This document shows, in pieces, positions 38,285-52,619 of a DNA stretch of 64,000 bases; position 1 is the stretch's first letter; each line of letters begins with the position of its first letter. The DNA lies in the NCBI RefSeq assembly GCF_001194135.2, contig NC_068981.1, positions 125,135,789-125,199,788 of the forward strand, given 5' to 3'. A model generated the notes under the pieces. It was not told where the DNA came from, made no database searches, and saw nothing but the letters and a program-made list of their open reading frames with translations. Position numbers and translations under genes: made by a program. The DNA is from Octopus bimaculoides (Eukaryota).

Positions 38285-39144
38285 TTCTTTGTGTTTGACC
38301 CCACCACTGCTTGAAACCAGTGTTGGTTTGTGTACATCTCTGTGGCTTAGCAGTTTGGCATAAGAAACCAATAAAATAAGTAACAGGCTTTAAAAAAATA
38401 GGAACTTGATTCAACTCATTCAACTAAAGCCCTTCCAGGTGGTGCCCCAGCATGTTTGCAGTTCAATGTCTAAAACAAGTAAAAGATCGGAAAGACTGGT
38501 AATCACTACTGCATCATAAACTGTTCAGTTATACCCGGATCCATTTATCATGCTCATATTTTTATATTTTAAACTTAGTGTTTGAGTAATATTCAATATT
38601 TATTAAGTATAATGGCTATGATGTTAAGATACTGGATAACTGAATGAATGTTCATGAATTCAAACCTTACTAATGCAGTCACTGTGTTATGGTCCTGGAT
38701 GTATAACATATTACATTTCTTGACATATCATTCAGCAAGTTCTATCATGCTTTATTACAGAAATTATTGGTAGTAAAAGTACTGAAATGTTAATATTTGA
38801 ACATACTAATTATTTAAACATGGAATCAAGATCAAGATATGCTAGAGTGTCATATACAAGCTATGATAAGTGGTGCTTAATATTTCCCAGACATATCCCT
38901 GACATTTAACATTTAAAATACAATTGTTATTACTTACTTAGGTAAATAATTCAATGAGAGAGCTGAAAACAGTGCTGGTTCAAAAAAATGTTGGAAAAAT
39001 TACTGGTGTAAGCAACAAAAGCAAGAGATATACAGCCCTATTGCAAATGTCAGTTTGTTATGTTAAGCTGAGTAGTAAAATATAAGAAGCGCCAAGACAA
39101 ACCAATAGGGTGATCTCAATAATGTTTGGATAAACTATGTATCA

Positions 39145-39300
39145 TGATGGGTAGGTAGAGAGAGAGAGAGAGAGAGAGAAGGAGAGAGAGAGAGAGAGAG
39201 AGAGAAGGAGAGGGAGAGAGAGAGAGAGAGAGAAGGAGAGGGGGAGAGAGAGAGAGAGAGAGAAGGAGAGAGAGACAGACAGACAGACAGAGAGGCAAAC
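39145..39300. repeat. (GA)n/GGAGA polypurine tract
   Basis: Read directly from the sequence. Confidence 0.95.
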
Positions 39301-40249
39301 AAACAGACAACTATTTGTGAATATAGTGGTGCAAAGGAGATATCGGATTTATTTTGATGAAAAGCTTACTGAAAATGTTGCTAATGATTTGTCCAAAACA
39401 ACTAGAGGGCAAGTGTTTCAGCAAAGTATGAATGATAATAATGAATAATGTGAGGCATACAAAGAAGTTGACCAGTGTGAAATGAACTAGATTTGTGCTT
39501 CAACATCAGGATTCTTTGAAGCCCTTTATAAATATTTCTCTATTTGTGATTGGTCACAGATATTGTGAGTTTCATAAACATAGTCAAGGAGACTAAAGAA
39601 CCGAAGAGGAATTAATACAAAAGAAATTCAATGAAGACCTGTACTCTCTATGTCCTCAAACCAAGAGTACTGAAACCGCTACACATGGGAAGTATGTAAT
39701 TTGAATCATGTGTGAACTTACAACTAGAGATTACACTGAATTTTAAGAGTTGAGATTTCATGTGAAGTAGAGCCAAGAGTTGCTGATGCTTATCACTTAA
39801 CCACAATGAAGAAATTTTCTTTATGTTAAATATATGGTTATAAATTTGCATTAAAGGGAAATGTTGACTGAGAAGGAAATGCAAACTATGATACAAAAAG
39901 AACCATTTTTGATCTGTTTATAAATTAAAAAAAAACAACAAAATAACAAACATGTTAGATAAAAAAGCTGTAATATTGCAACAAATTTATTTACATTACA
40001 GGATAACAGAAAAAAACACATTGAAGTAAGAATTTTAGACATTTATTGGTCAATACAAACTTCACAAAAGCCATCTGTCTGATAGACCAACGATTGAGAT
40101 CTTGTTTTTGATTTTGTTTTCTTGTTTTAAAGCACTCTAGAGACAGATCAGTGAGAAATTATGCCAATAATGGTGACAGTCTGCGATAAAAGTCATAGTC
40201 ACATTGGAACTGATGCATTAAATATTAAACATATAATGGTAATTCAAAT

Positions 40250-40908
40250 CCATTGTCCCTTGCAGACACCACTCTGCTAAAGAATTATAAGGCTTACGCT
40301 AAATTGAAAGCAAAGATATTTCTCCATTAGTAGTTACTGAATTATGGAAAATGATTGAGCAAGGCTTACTAAAGCATATTCTACCAGGTAGTAGCTAGTA
40401 GATATCCTCTATTGTAGTTGTACAAATACTAAATGGAGATTAATATTTCTGTGGTGATTTTTCAGTAGTCTTTAATTGCAATATATAAATAATGAAAATT
40501 TCACTCATTAGCAGGAATTAAATTATTTGCAAAATTTGATTGGTAAGGTGCTTACTATCAAATTCCAATAGGTGATGATCTTTAAAGAAATACCAATACC
40601 CAACTGGTTTGTAGAAGTTGACAAGAATGTATTATGGGATAAAAACAGCAAGAGCCATTTTTCAACATGTAATAGAAAAGACCTTGGGGGATGATATAAA
40701 GAAACAAAATAATTATCAGGATGAGAAATGCTGAAGGCAACTACCAAGGAGAAATTGAAACTGAAGACCAAAGTTAATTATATTGGATCAACTGAGAGAT
40801 GCGGGTATGACTATAAATTCAGACAACTGTACCTTTAACAGTAACTAGATATTATTTGGGGACATTTTTGTTTTGAAGGAAAGTGTTTCTCAAGACTAAC
40901 ATTTTGCA
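40250..40908 (+). mobile_element. Ty3/Gypsy RT relic, 5' part
   Basis: ELWKMIEQG...SSIVVVQILNG...CGDF; PTGL*KLTRMYYGIKTARAIFQHVIEKTL...YQD; LDQLRDAGMTINSDNCTF. Many stops. Upstream 39300-40250 may be gag/protease. Confidence 0.75.
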
Positions 40909-42554
40909 CATCATCATCATCATCATTTAATGTCTGTTTTCCATGCTGGCATGAGTTGGACAGTTTGATTGAAAACTGCTAAGCTGGGAAGCCACACCAG
41001 GTTCCAATCTAATATGGCATGGTTTCTACACCTGAATGTTCTTCCTAACACCAACCACTCCAAGAGTGTAGTGGATGCTTTAATGTGCCACTGGCACAAG
41101 TGCCAGTTACTTGACCATGGCTGTGATCTCACTTGGCTTGACAGGTCTTCTCAAGTGCAGTATATTACCAAAGGTCTCAGTCACCTGTCACTGCCTCCAT
41201 GAGGCTCAATGTTCAAATGGTACTTTTTACGTGCCACCAGCATGGGTACCAATTACATGACACTAGCATCAGTCATGACTATGATTTCACTTGGCTTGAT
41301 GAGCTTTTTCAAGCATGGCAAAGATCTCGGTCACTTGTCATTGCCTCCACGAGACCCAATGTTAAAAGATCATGCTTTACCACCTTGTCCTATGTCTTCT
41401 TGGGTCTACTTCTTCTACAGATTTCCTCCACCATTAGAGTTCGGCACTTCTTCATACACCTGTCCTCATCCATATGCATCACATGACCATATCAGTGCAG
41501 TCGTCTCTCTTGCACACCACATCTGACGCCTCTTTTGCCCAACTTTTCTCTCAAGATGCTTACACTCTGTTGAGCATGCACACTGACATTACACATCCAG
41601 CAAAACATACTAGTTTCATTTCTTTCAAGCCTATGCATGTTCTCAGCAGTCACAGCCCATGTTTCACTGCCATGTAGTATAACTATTTGCACACAGACAT
41701 CATACAATCTACTTCCATTCTGAGAGCCTTTGTTACCAACAGGTAACAAAGAGGTAGAAGCTCTCTGAACGTTCCCCAGCCTACTCTTATTCTAGCAGCT
41801 ACACTCTTGGAGCATCCACCCCCACTATTGATTTGATCACCTAGGCAACAGAAAATTTGATGGATTCTATTTTCTGTACATTTGTAGGGTTAATTGAACC
41901 TGTGCACCTTCCACACACAGAAACTGTTTTTCCTGTCAATTTTCCTCTGATATTCCTGCACCTCTTATGTGTCCATAGCTTACACCAGGTACGTCTTATG
42001 GAGTTTCTACCCACACCTTCTCTACAGATTGAGCAGGACTATCTACCTAAAGGGATTTATGATTTGTCTGCTCTCCTACTTACTAAGACTCTGATTTTTG
42101 ATAGATTAACTTTAAAGTCCTTTGATTCTAGACTCTACTTCTATGTCTGAAATTTCTTCTCTAGTTCTGGTAAGGATTCAGCTATAAGAACAAGGTCATC
42201 AGCATAGAGGAGCTCCCAGAGGCAGCCCATCTTAAATTACTTTGTTATTGCCTGGAAGACTATGATGAACAAGAGACTTTCATCACCTGGTCCAGCAATT
42301 TGATACCTCTGCAATTATTCCTGTCTAAGATGTCACCTTTTGCAATTATTCCTGTCTAAGATGTCACCTTTTCCTTTGTAACAGTTGACTATAATGCTGC
42401 TACACCAATTGTTAGGTGTGACTCTCTCATGGACAACCTGATTATCTATATGGGTGACTAGACTATATCTTACTCTGCCAGATACTTTTAGCATCTCAGT
42501 GGGCCAGGGGCTTTCCTTGTCTTCATATTCTTGATTGCTTTTGCCACCTAAATT
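40909..42554 (-). mobile_element. 5'-truncated RTE LINE (RT plus 3' UTR plus (ATG)n tail) inserted into the Gypsy relic
   Basis: AIKNMKTRKAPGP, IVNCYKGKGD, RGIKLLDQVMK, WELLYADDLVLIAES, ILHGSETWAVT...RRLH; tail catcatcat at 40909. Confidence 0.9.
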
Positions 42555-44259
42555 AGAATCATTTTTAAGAATGGTGAAAGTTTATGGTCCATATTTGTAA
42601 AAATATTCTAAAACAGTCAACTCCTTTGTGAAATTGCACAAGAAAAGTGTCAAATTCAATGTTCAGAAAAAGGTATTCAAGAATTAAGAAAGTGCACTCA
42701 TGGAGTATCCTGTTGTGTGGTTATTTGATGCCAACTAGGACAACACATTGACTACTGATATTAGTGAGCATTCTTTATAATTAACTATATTGCAGGATAA
42801 CCACCGAGTGCTATATTTATCAAACAGAGTAATTTCTGCTAAATCAAATTATTTGAATATTGAGAGAGATTCTTTAGAAAAATGGGTGGATGACAAATCA
42901 TGCCTATCATTTTTACAAAGTAGAAAATTCCTACTTAAACTCAGTCATAAACCTTTTGAATTCATCTTTAACCCATGTCCTGAACGTCTTACAATTACAT
43001 CTTCAAGGATACTGAAGTGAGCCATTCAGCTCATGGTATTTGATTTTGATACTGCATATGTTGAAGGAAATGCTTCAGTCACTGCATTTTTATAGTTATA
43101 TTTTAGATTGCAACCGAAAAACATCAGTTTGGATGATGATGAAGATACATTAGATAGGAACTGATGAGTACGTCTTGGTCAACTAGCTTCAGTAATGCTG
43201 CATGATTGGCCACTGGATAAAATCATTTCCAAAAGAAAAAAATGTCTGGAAAATCCTATAAGCCTGTTCAACATACATTAACTCTAGAAATGGTATCCTT
43301 TGCAAAAGTGACTTTAATGTTACCCAACAAGGATTTATGAAGCAAATAATTATTAAAAGTGTTCCCAATGATATCCATTGTGACACTATGGAATTACTAC
43401 ATGCAATCCCTCTATGTTTGAAACATGCCAATTAGGCTATTCATACAATGTTCGGGAACTACATGCATAAATGTTCCAAATATGCAAAGATAAAGATTTT
43501 TTGAAAATAGGCTTCATTCAGGGACTAATGATTTTTATACAGATATATCATACCCATATTAATAGTATTGAATTGATTTTTGTACTTGTAGATTCCCTTA
43601 CAGGATGGCTAGAAGAAATTTGTACACCTGATTAGAAGAGTTCAATACAAAACAGGCTAGATTCTCTTTCTTGGTCAATGTTCCCTTGATAGTCTCTGTC
43701 CCTGACTACAGAAAATTGACTACATTCCTTGCAAAACACAGACATCATCTCCAATCAAATGGGTTCACAGAGTGGATGGTTTAGCAATTAAAATGGGCTT
43801 AAAGGCATTTACTCACCAAAGAGAAAAGTTTGAATTGTTTTACCTTAATTATTGTTTAGTTATTTTATGATTCCCCTGTTTTTCTGCTTTGGTAACATGT
43901 CAGAACCATGTTTCCTTAAGTATATCCTATTCCTCAAATCAGCAGACGTGATATAAAAAAAATAATGATTTAATATAAGAAATGGAAAATTCTTTGATGC
44001 TAGCTGGAACCAATACAGCTATCAATCATTAGAACTTCAGCTTATGGAGACCAAATCAGGCCTAATCTCAAAATACTTGATACTATCAAGGTTGATGGTA
44101 AAAGTGGTGACAATGACCATTTTAGTAGTGGTGCACCTCCAGGTATGAGATGCACTTGTACAAGTGATGTGAAATAACAAATGGAACAAGAGAATCAAAC
44201 CTGCAATAATAGAATCCATAGGAGTACTTAGCCTAGCCAGCCTTTACTTTAAAGGGAGA
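42555..44259 (+). mobile_element. Ty3/Gypsy relic, 3' part (RT connection, RNase H, integrase) ending at a PPT-like tract
   Basis: ESFLRMVK.YGP, TLTTD.SE, SRILK*AIQLMVFDFDTAYVEG, LVDSLTGWLE. aaagggaga|TG at 44251-44261 looks like a PPT followed by the 3' LTR start. Confidence 0.75.
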
Positions 44260-47200
44260 TGTGAAAATGATAGAGTTATAGTAAGGTCTGAAACTAATGA
44301 AATGAATATTATATATTGTGAATACTGCATGCTGTAAATATGTCTTTGATATGTTAATATTGGTGCGTAATATTTATTTATTTGCAAATGATTACATATG
44401 TTTCAGGCAATCATTAGTTTCATGGCTATTTCTAACCTGCCAGGTGATTAGGATTTCTGAATGTAAAGGTTCTCATGTAAACATGACAAAGATCATATGG
44501 AAAATCTACAATATTTACAAGAAAGTCAATGCTTATTAGAATTTGCTTCCAGTTTATTTAATATGAATAGAATAGATTGCCAATATATTTAGAAAATTTG
44601 TAAATAACTTGTTAAAATATAATAATCTTGTCATCAATTTCACTCCACAAGCTGCTAACACCCTTTTGCTATAAAGGAATGGAATATTTAACATATTATT
44701 AGGAATTAAAGTATTCATTAATCTATGCAGAAGATAAGTCTTTGTTAGAAAATGAAAGGAGAATCAAAGTAAGTTATTTGCAATAATCTTAGCATCGCAA
44801 TTTCTCTAGCGCTGAATATGACAGCTTTAACAATAGCGATATATTAAATCAAATAGCAATGTATAGCATGTGTTTAGTAACATTCCAGGTTTAGTAATGG
44901 AGAGTTTGAATAACAGAAATAGATAGTTCAAGCAGGCCATTAATACAACAGTTGGTGGCATAACGATAAAATAAAGAAGCCAGCATTCATAAAAGTGAAA
45001 GTGCTAAAACTGATAATAGAAACTGAGCAGGGTTACTTTGCTTTCAATTAAACAAGTATCAACTAGTCGATTGAATAAATATAACTTTCAGAAAAATAAA
45101 CAGTCAGTTTTAGATATATATTATAAGAATCAATCTGAGTCACAAAAGAGAGAAGTTCAGTATCTTTGATTGGTGAAAAGAATATATCACTTTACATTGA
45201 AAGGTATTAATTCTAAGATATAAATAGCTGTCATTGTTATTTATATTATCTCTTACCTATGCTGGCATAGCCTGAACATGACTTATTAAGATGGAGTTCA
45301 AAGCAGAATTACCTTTGTTACCAACTCTTTTGTCTTTTTCAAGTGAATTATTTATTTTATTTGATTGGTCTTCACTTGTTAAAACCTATTAAACCACTGA
45401 ACTGTGGGATATATCATTGAAACAGTGTCAATGAAAAGACATATAGGAGCAAATACACACATACACAGAAGCTTCCCTACAACTTCTGTCAACAAAATTT
45501 TACTCCTAAATTCTAAACCTGAAATAACTACACATTAAAAACTCTAGGAAACAGACAGACAATACTCCAATATGACCTCAGCCATAAAATAAACTGAAAA
45601 ACAGAGTCAGTAGAAAGTGACTTAAAAAACCCCATAAAAATTACTGGTCCTCAAAATATGTAGGTTAATCATTTGATAAAACTTTTGATAGATCATATAC
45701 AACTATATACTGATTCTATATTCTGTTTAAGAAACTTCACCATTTAATAGTTAAATATGGTTGTAAACAGCCAATACCATTCTTATTGATGTAAAATAAA
45801 AAAAAAGTTTCCTTTTGAGGGTTTTCCCTGCAATATGCTGCAGTGGCACAATACTAATGCATTGATTTCTCTTTTGTTTTTATTCTATTGTACATGGAAG
45901 ATATCAACAATTACAATAATCCCTACCTCTCTGATAGCTGGTAAAAGTTACTTTACTAACAATAATGATTTTTCTTTTCTGACATTGGGCCAAAGCCAGA
46001 AATTTGTAACGAAGGTAATGAAAGTAATCAATTGTATTGAATATACATCAACACAGTATTTACTTTATCAATCTCTGTGGAATGATAAGTAAAAATGAAA
46101 CCCAGTGAGATTTGAACTCAGAAAGTATTGTGTGATAGAACTTAATACTACAAGTAATTACTCCCCACCACCCTCTCTTACCACCAACTCTCATTTATCT
46201 AACAATGATTTCTAACAAGAAAGGTCACACATTTTGGGAGAGGGTACAATCAATTAAATCAAGCCCATTAAAAGACTAGTACTTTAATTGATCATAGTAG
46301 AATTGAACTCACTCCAATAATAATAATAATTTCTTTCATTGCTTTATAGCTGCAAAGTTTCAGGGAGTGTGGTGGTACACTAGGGTGGGGTATGAATGAT
46401 TAAATTGATGCCAGTAAAAAATTAGTAATTACTTTATCACCAAATATATGCTTCAGACTAACACTGTATGCTGACTTTGATAAATACAGAAATATATTTA
46501 GTCTAGTATTGTAGTGTTTCTATCTTTCCATTGCCTTTAATCTGATAAGATCCTCATTTAGTCTGGATAACAAAAATTTGGTTGCTTAGTCAAGTGGACA
46601 TCTGACTCATTAAATTAACTTGTAGTATTCCCAAGACACATGCACCCTTAACAGAGCTCCTAAACCAAATCAGTGTAACACAGTACGTGACAAGATGGGA
46701 CTTTTGAATTACATATATAATCCCTCTGATTGACTTCCATACTGTTTCTATCTACCCATTTTCACTCACAAGACTTGGATCAATAATTATGGTAAAGACA
46801 TTTATGTACGATGCCAATCAGTAGGATCGAACCTGAAAACTCATGATTGCAAAGTGAACTTCTTAATCACTCAACCAAGACTGTATTTACACTCTTAGTT
46901 CAAGAACAACATCAATAACAGTGAAGATGGAGAGATGGATGTTGATTACTGTTGTTGCTTAGCACAGGCTAGTATTGATTGAACAAACCTATGATTAAAG
47001 TTTATTTCTGTCATCTCATCTTTTTGTATATCATGAACTAATGTGTAAGAGGTAGATAGGATGTTTAGGGAATAATGGCATGTTTGGTGGATGTGTTTGT
47101 CATGATCAAAAGGCAACAAGTCCTCTCTCATTGCTCACTTCTTGGTACCCCACTCTGACTTATGTGGCTTCAAGAAACAAGAGCATGACAAGTAGATTAA

Positions 47201-49340
47201 CCCAGGTGAGGATCAAATCCTCAATAAAAGCACATGCTACCTTACTATGGGAAGACTGCCTCTAGTGTATTCAATGGGGGAGATCAGGCCTGTCTCGAGT
47301 TGTCTGGTTTTTATCTTGACTCTTACTTAAGGTAGGCCTAAATGGGAGAGTAAAGCTGATGTGCAAATCTTCCTGACCTAAATCCAATTTACCCACAAAT
47401 TATGATCCATTTTGTCCTCCTTTTCCTTTATGATGAAAGTAGTGTAATTTGAAGGAAATTGACTGCCTTTACAGTAGGCAAACACAAAGGTTCCTTCACT
47501 GACTCATGTTATTAATTTTTTTTCAAAGGTACCAGTCTACACTTAATTCAGAAAAGATGTGACAGACGTAACAAAACAATCTTTTTGAATATTGGGTTGT
47601 TAGATAACTTCATTTGTTTTTTCTTTTTTTTTGTCATTATTTTAATCATTTCCAGTGTTATTTCAACTAACATGAAAAATATTTTTATCATAATGTCTTA
47701 TGGGTTCTTTGTAGCTCTATTCTTCCTCTACAAAGTTTTGTTTATCGTTCTTGGAATTAGAATAAACTTGACCTCTTTTCACACATGATGGACAGCCAAG
47801 TAGAAAATAAATGAACAAATTTATCTGATAACCTTTTGAAAATTACCAATAGAGTAGTAGCTGTTCACATGCTCTCAGTAAAATGGATTTTAACTCTAAA
47901 CTGCTTTCACATTAAAATTAGGCATGATTACATAACAAATTGTATCAACTGGTATTTAATGAAAGGTAAACTCAAACAATTCTAGTAAAATATTACAAGG
48001 CATTTTGTCTAATACTCTGATAGTTCTGCTAATTCATTGTTCATGTGACACAATCCTAAAAATTGCTGTAAAGTTTGTGTATCTGAGAAAAAAAAATATT
48101 TGTTCTGATTCTAACAAAACAACTTCATCAAAAATGGTAAATATATTAATGGCATTAAACTAGTTCTATTAACCAGCATTCATATGAGAAAGCCCTCACT
48201 AAACTGGGGGAAACAAAAATTCACATGAGTACCACTTAAAATCAAAAAGTGAAAACTAAATGCTTGCTCTGCTTACATACAAAATTCAATAATAATAATA
48301 ATCATAAAAAATACAGGAAATGTTTTGCCAACTTTTTTTTTAGACTTCATTGTTCATAGCCAACTGATTTTTTTATTTCAAATATAAAGGAGAGGTATTA
48401 AAGTCTAAAAATTCATGGTTCCATTTAAAAGCTATAATTAAAATTACATTAGCAGAAACATCTAATGTCTTGTCATCTCAGCCAACAAAAGTTAATGACC
48501 AATAAAATGAAATAATGTTCAGCTGGAGAGAAACAAAATTTTATTTATTAATTTTGTTTTCAAGTTTTGAACATCCTTTTACAACACTAATAAGCTACAA
48601 TTAAGAATAATTTGTCTAACCAATAACAACAGGGAATTACTGAAAGACCCCCTCCCCCCCAAAAATATCACATACTCTTATTGTTAGAATTGTTTAACAA
48701 GGGTGCAAGGGTGGCCTTTTGATAATGAAGTGTACTTAAGAGCTATATGATTTCAAGTTCATGACATGTTGGGCAAGAGTCTTCTGCCTTAGCCTCAAGT
48801 CAGCCAAGATCTTGTTAGTGAAACCTGGTAAATATAAACTGTGTGGAAGCCTGCCTGAAGGACCTTTCTTGTTCTTAGGTGGAAGACTTAGATTGTCACA
48901 CAATTTAATACCATTACCTAACCCTAATGTACATTTAGTAAAAGTTCATATTTTTGCAAATATTTGAAGTAGGTCTGACAATAACTTCCTTACTTCTTCT
49001 CACCAGTCTCAGCAGCTCTGAAAATGGTCATGGGCATCGTTCTTCTTCCTGCAACCAAACTATTAAGGAAAAGGGAAGAAATTCTGAATTGGCACAGGCA
49101 TGGCTGTATGGTAAGAAGTTTGCTTCTCAACCACATGGTTTTGAGTCTACTCCTACTGTGTAGCACCTTGGTCAAGTGTCTTCTACTATAACCTCAGGCC
49201 AACCAAAGCCTTGCGAGTGGATTTTGTAAACAGAAACTGAAAGAACCTTGTTGTGTGCGTATGGGCATGCATATAGAAGAATATATTAATCAAAGGAATT
49301 CTAACTTTGATTTTCATGTTTTATTTACAATTTTTTAATA

Positions 49341-50534
49341 AGATGATATAATATAATTAAATGATAGAATATTAGATGTCCATTCTGACTGAACTAGTAC
49401 TTTCATACATTAAACTATGCAATCTTCAGGCCCATATAGTAGTGGTGACAGTTATGTTTTACAATTTACAACTGTAGAGAGATGGCTAAACTGTGTGCCT
49501 TAAATACATTCCTATAGGCTCCAGAATATCAATTTTTGCAAACTGTATTCTGACCAATCAGTGTGTGGCTTCACTAAATTACTTAAGTCGATTGGTGTTT
49601 GGTTTAGGCATCACGGTTTGTTGAACATGTCAAGAGACCTGCATTTTGACCCTGGCCAAAGCAGTAATTGTTTGGCTAGCCAAACAATTACTGCTTTGGC
49701 CATCTCTGTCAGTTGACTATAAAGCTGAGAAGAAAAAAACAGATGTGTTTCTTTTGCTTAGTAATAAATGTGATAAAAAGACATAATCACAATAAAAGGG
49801 AATGGTTCTAAAGATAAAAATATATTGTAGGGTCATTAAATAATCTCAAATAGATGGATAAGCTCATTTCTTTAGAATTTCTCTGTCTCTGTCTTCCTCA
49901 ATGACTACCAGTATGACCTTCATAAAGCCAAATATATTGGTGACTTATTCTCCAATGTCAATCACCTGATGGTCCTTGTCTTCACAAAATTTGATGAAAA
50001 CAGTGTTGTTACACTCAGTATCAAAAAGGCATTCAACTGTGTTAAGTACACAAATCTGGTAAATGCTTGCCTATGGACTCCATCCATCTTTCTTCTCTTG
50101 GATCAATGGTTTTCTATCGGGTTTTGTGATTCAAGGTTCAGTTTTGTGTTCTGCATTCTTCCTCCAATACATCAGCAAACTTTGAGTTTTCACTGACAAG
50201 AATCACTGCTTTGGCCAGGGTCAAAATACAGGACTCTTGGCATGTTCAACAAACCATGACACCTAAACCAAACATCAATCAACTTAAGTAATTTAGTGAA
50301 GCCACACACTGATTAGTCAGAATACAGTTTGCAAAAATTAACATTCTGGAACCTATAGGAATGTATTTAAGGCACACAGTTTAGCCATCTCACTACAGTT
50401 GTAAATTGTACAATATAATTTTCAGTACTACTACATGAACCTGAAGATTGCATAGTTTAATGCATAAAAGTACTAGTTCAATCAGAATGGACATTTGATA
50501 TTCCATCATTTCTATAAATTATCTTATATCATCT
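49341..50534. repeat. About 330-bp inverted repeat enclosing a perfect 50-bp palindrome and a 500-bp copy of 52411-52900
   Basis: Arms 49341-49665 and 50205-50534 (about 90% identical by hand count). Palindrome 49653-49702. 49701-50200 matches 52411-52900. Confidence 0.92.
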
Positions 50535-50718
50535 ATATATATAAAAATGAGAATGTGTGTCTGTCTGTCTTGCAGAGTTCGAGCCCACGGCAACATAATA
50601 TCTCCTCCACTATTTAAGTATTACGTGTCAAAAGTGAAACAAAAACACTCATGTCAAATACTTTCACTTTAAAAATGAAACTATTCTACTAACTGAAACA
50701 ATCACATTTTGATACTGT
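50532..50718 (+). mobile_element. Probable Helitron 5' end running into a gap
   Basis: A|TCTATATATATAAAAATGAGAATGTGTGTCTGTCTG is the typical non-autonomous Helitron 5' start (TC after A). The 3' CTAG end is not visible. Confidence 0.5.
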
Positions 50719-51690
50719 NNNNNNNNNNNNNNNNNNNNNNNNNNNNNNNNNNNNNNNNNNNNNNNNNNNNNNNNNNNNNNNNNNNNNNNNNNNNNNNNNN
50801 NNNNNNNNNNNNNNNNNNNNNNNNNNNNNNNNNNNNNNNNNNNNNNNNNNNNNNNNNNNNNNNNNNNNNNNNNNNNNNNNNNNNNNNNNNNNNNNNNNNN
50901 NNNNNNNNNNNNNNNNNNNNNNNNNNNNNNNNNNNNNNNNNNNNNNNNNNNNNNNNNNNNNNNNNNNNNNNNNNNNNNNNNNNNNNNNNNNNNNNNNNNN
51001 NNNNNNNNNNNNNNNNNNNNNNNNNNNNNNNNNNNNNNNNNNNNNNNNNNNNNNNNNNNNNNNNNNNNNNNNNNNNNNNNNNNNNNNNNNNNNNNNNNNN
51101 NNNNNNNNNNNNNNNNNNNNNNNNNNNNNNNNNNNNNNNNNNNNNNNNNNNNNNNNNNNNNNNNNNNNNNNNNNNNNNNNNNNNNNNNNNNNNNNNNNNN
51201 NNNNNNNNNNNNNNNNNNNNNNNNNNNNNNNNNNNNNNNNNNNNNNNNNNNNNNNNNNNNNNNNNNNNNNNNNNNNNNNNNNNNNNNNNNNNNNNNNNNN
51301 NNNNNNNNNNNNNNNNNNNNNNNNNNNNNNNNNNNNNNNNNNNNNNNNNNNNNNNNNNNNNNNNNNNNNNNNNNNNNNNNNNNNNNNNNNNNNNNNNNNN
51401 NNNNNNNNNNNNNNNNNNNNNNNNNNNNNNNNNNNNNNNNNNNNNNNNNNNNNNNNNNNNNNNNNNNNNNNNNNNNNNNNNNNNNNNNNNNNNNNNNNNN
51501 NNNNNNNNNNNNNNNNNNNNNNNNNNNNNNNNNNNNNNNNNNNNNNNNNNNNNNNNNNNNNNNNNNNNNNNNNNNNNNNNNNNNNNNNNNNNNNNNNNNN
51601 NNNNNNNNNNNNNNNNNNNNNNNNNNNNNNNNNNNNNNNNNNNNNNNNNNNNNNNNNNNNNNNNNNNNNNNNNNNNNNNNNNNNNNNNNN

Positions 51691-51739
<49 letters not shown>

Positions 51740-52200
51740 CTTTGTGTCTGTGTTTTTTCCCCATGACAGCTTGACAGCTGGGATCAGTGTGATTACATCC
51801 CCATATCTGAGTGGTGCAGCAGAAGAAACTGATAAAATAAGTATCAGGCTTAAAAAAATAAGCTAAATTCACTCAGCTAAAATTCTTCAGAATCATTATG
51901 TTCCAAAGTAGAGTACAAGTTTTCAGGTCATGTCTCTTGTTTAAGAATACAGTCCTCCCTTACTCCAGTTTGTCTTGAAGGTCCCATGAAAGGTCATGAG
52001 CACTACCTAGCTCCTGATTAAAAGATTAAAAAAAAAATTATTGATACTGTTGTTACCAATGCAGCAATGACTGACAACAACAACAGCAGCAGCAGCAGTT
52101 TAAAAACTATTTTCCATTACATGGATACGTCTACATGTTACACATGCTATTGTGAAAATTTTAATATGAAAAGTGATGAAAGAAATTCAGTCTTACTAAC

Positions 52201-52310
52201 CTTTGTTAAAAAATGTATCTAACAATCTTGAACTTGCCACAGGAATAACCTCAGTCTGCAAGTTTAAATAACGGCCCACTGTCAAAGGTGTCCTGCGAAA
52301 GCCAAGAATT
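52201..52310 (-). CDS. FAM20B: FAM20B coding exon (110 nt), most 5' exon found in the window
   Basis: Minus strand ttatttcag|A ATT CTT GGC...AAC AAA G|gttagt translates as (R)[36 protein letters not shown]. This matches human FAM20B [33 protein letters not shown]. It is absent from the ORF track and was found by manual search. Confidence 0.95.
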
Positions 52311-52619
52311 CTGAAATAACAAATGAAAAAATTGTGTATTTGCAAATTTGTAGTTATTAGTTACTAGTTAGTAATGTACCTAAAACCATACCAATGAGCA
52401 TACTTAAGCGCATCTCTATCAGTAGACTATAAAGCTGAGAAGAAAAAAACAGATGTGTTTCTTTTGCTTAGCAATAAATGTGATAAAAAGACGTAATCAC
52501 AACAAAAGGGAATGCTTCTAAAGATAAAAATATATTGTAGGGTCATTAAATAATCTGAAATAGATGGATAAGCTCATTTCTTTAGAATTTCTCTCTCTGT
52601 CTTTCTCAATGACCACCAG

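Noticed and set aside
39300-39900. Possible hAT transposase
   Set aside because: The similarity is weak, and the position directly 5' of Gypsy pol fits gag better.
48918-49020. AG...GT-bounded pseudo-exon on the minus strand
   Set aside because: Stops in all three frames.
50664-51872. The 402-aa and 385-aa ORFs, and other X-containing ORFs
   Set aside because: They read through assembly gaps.
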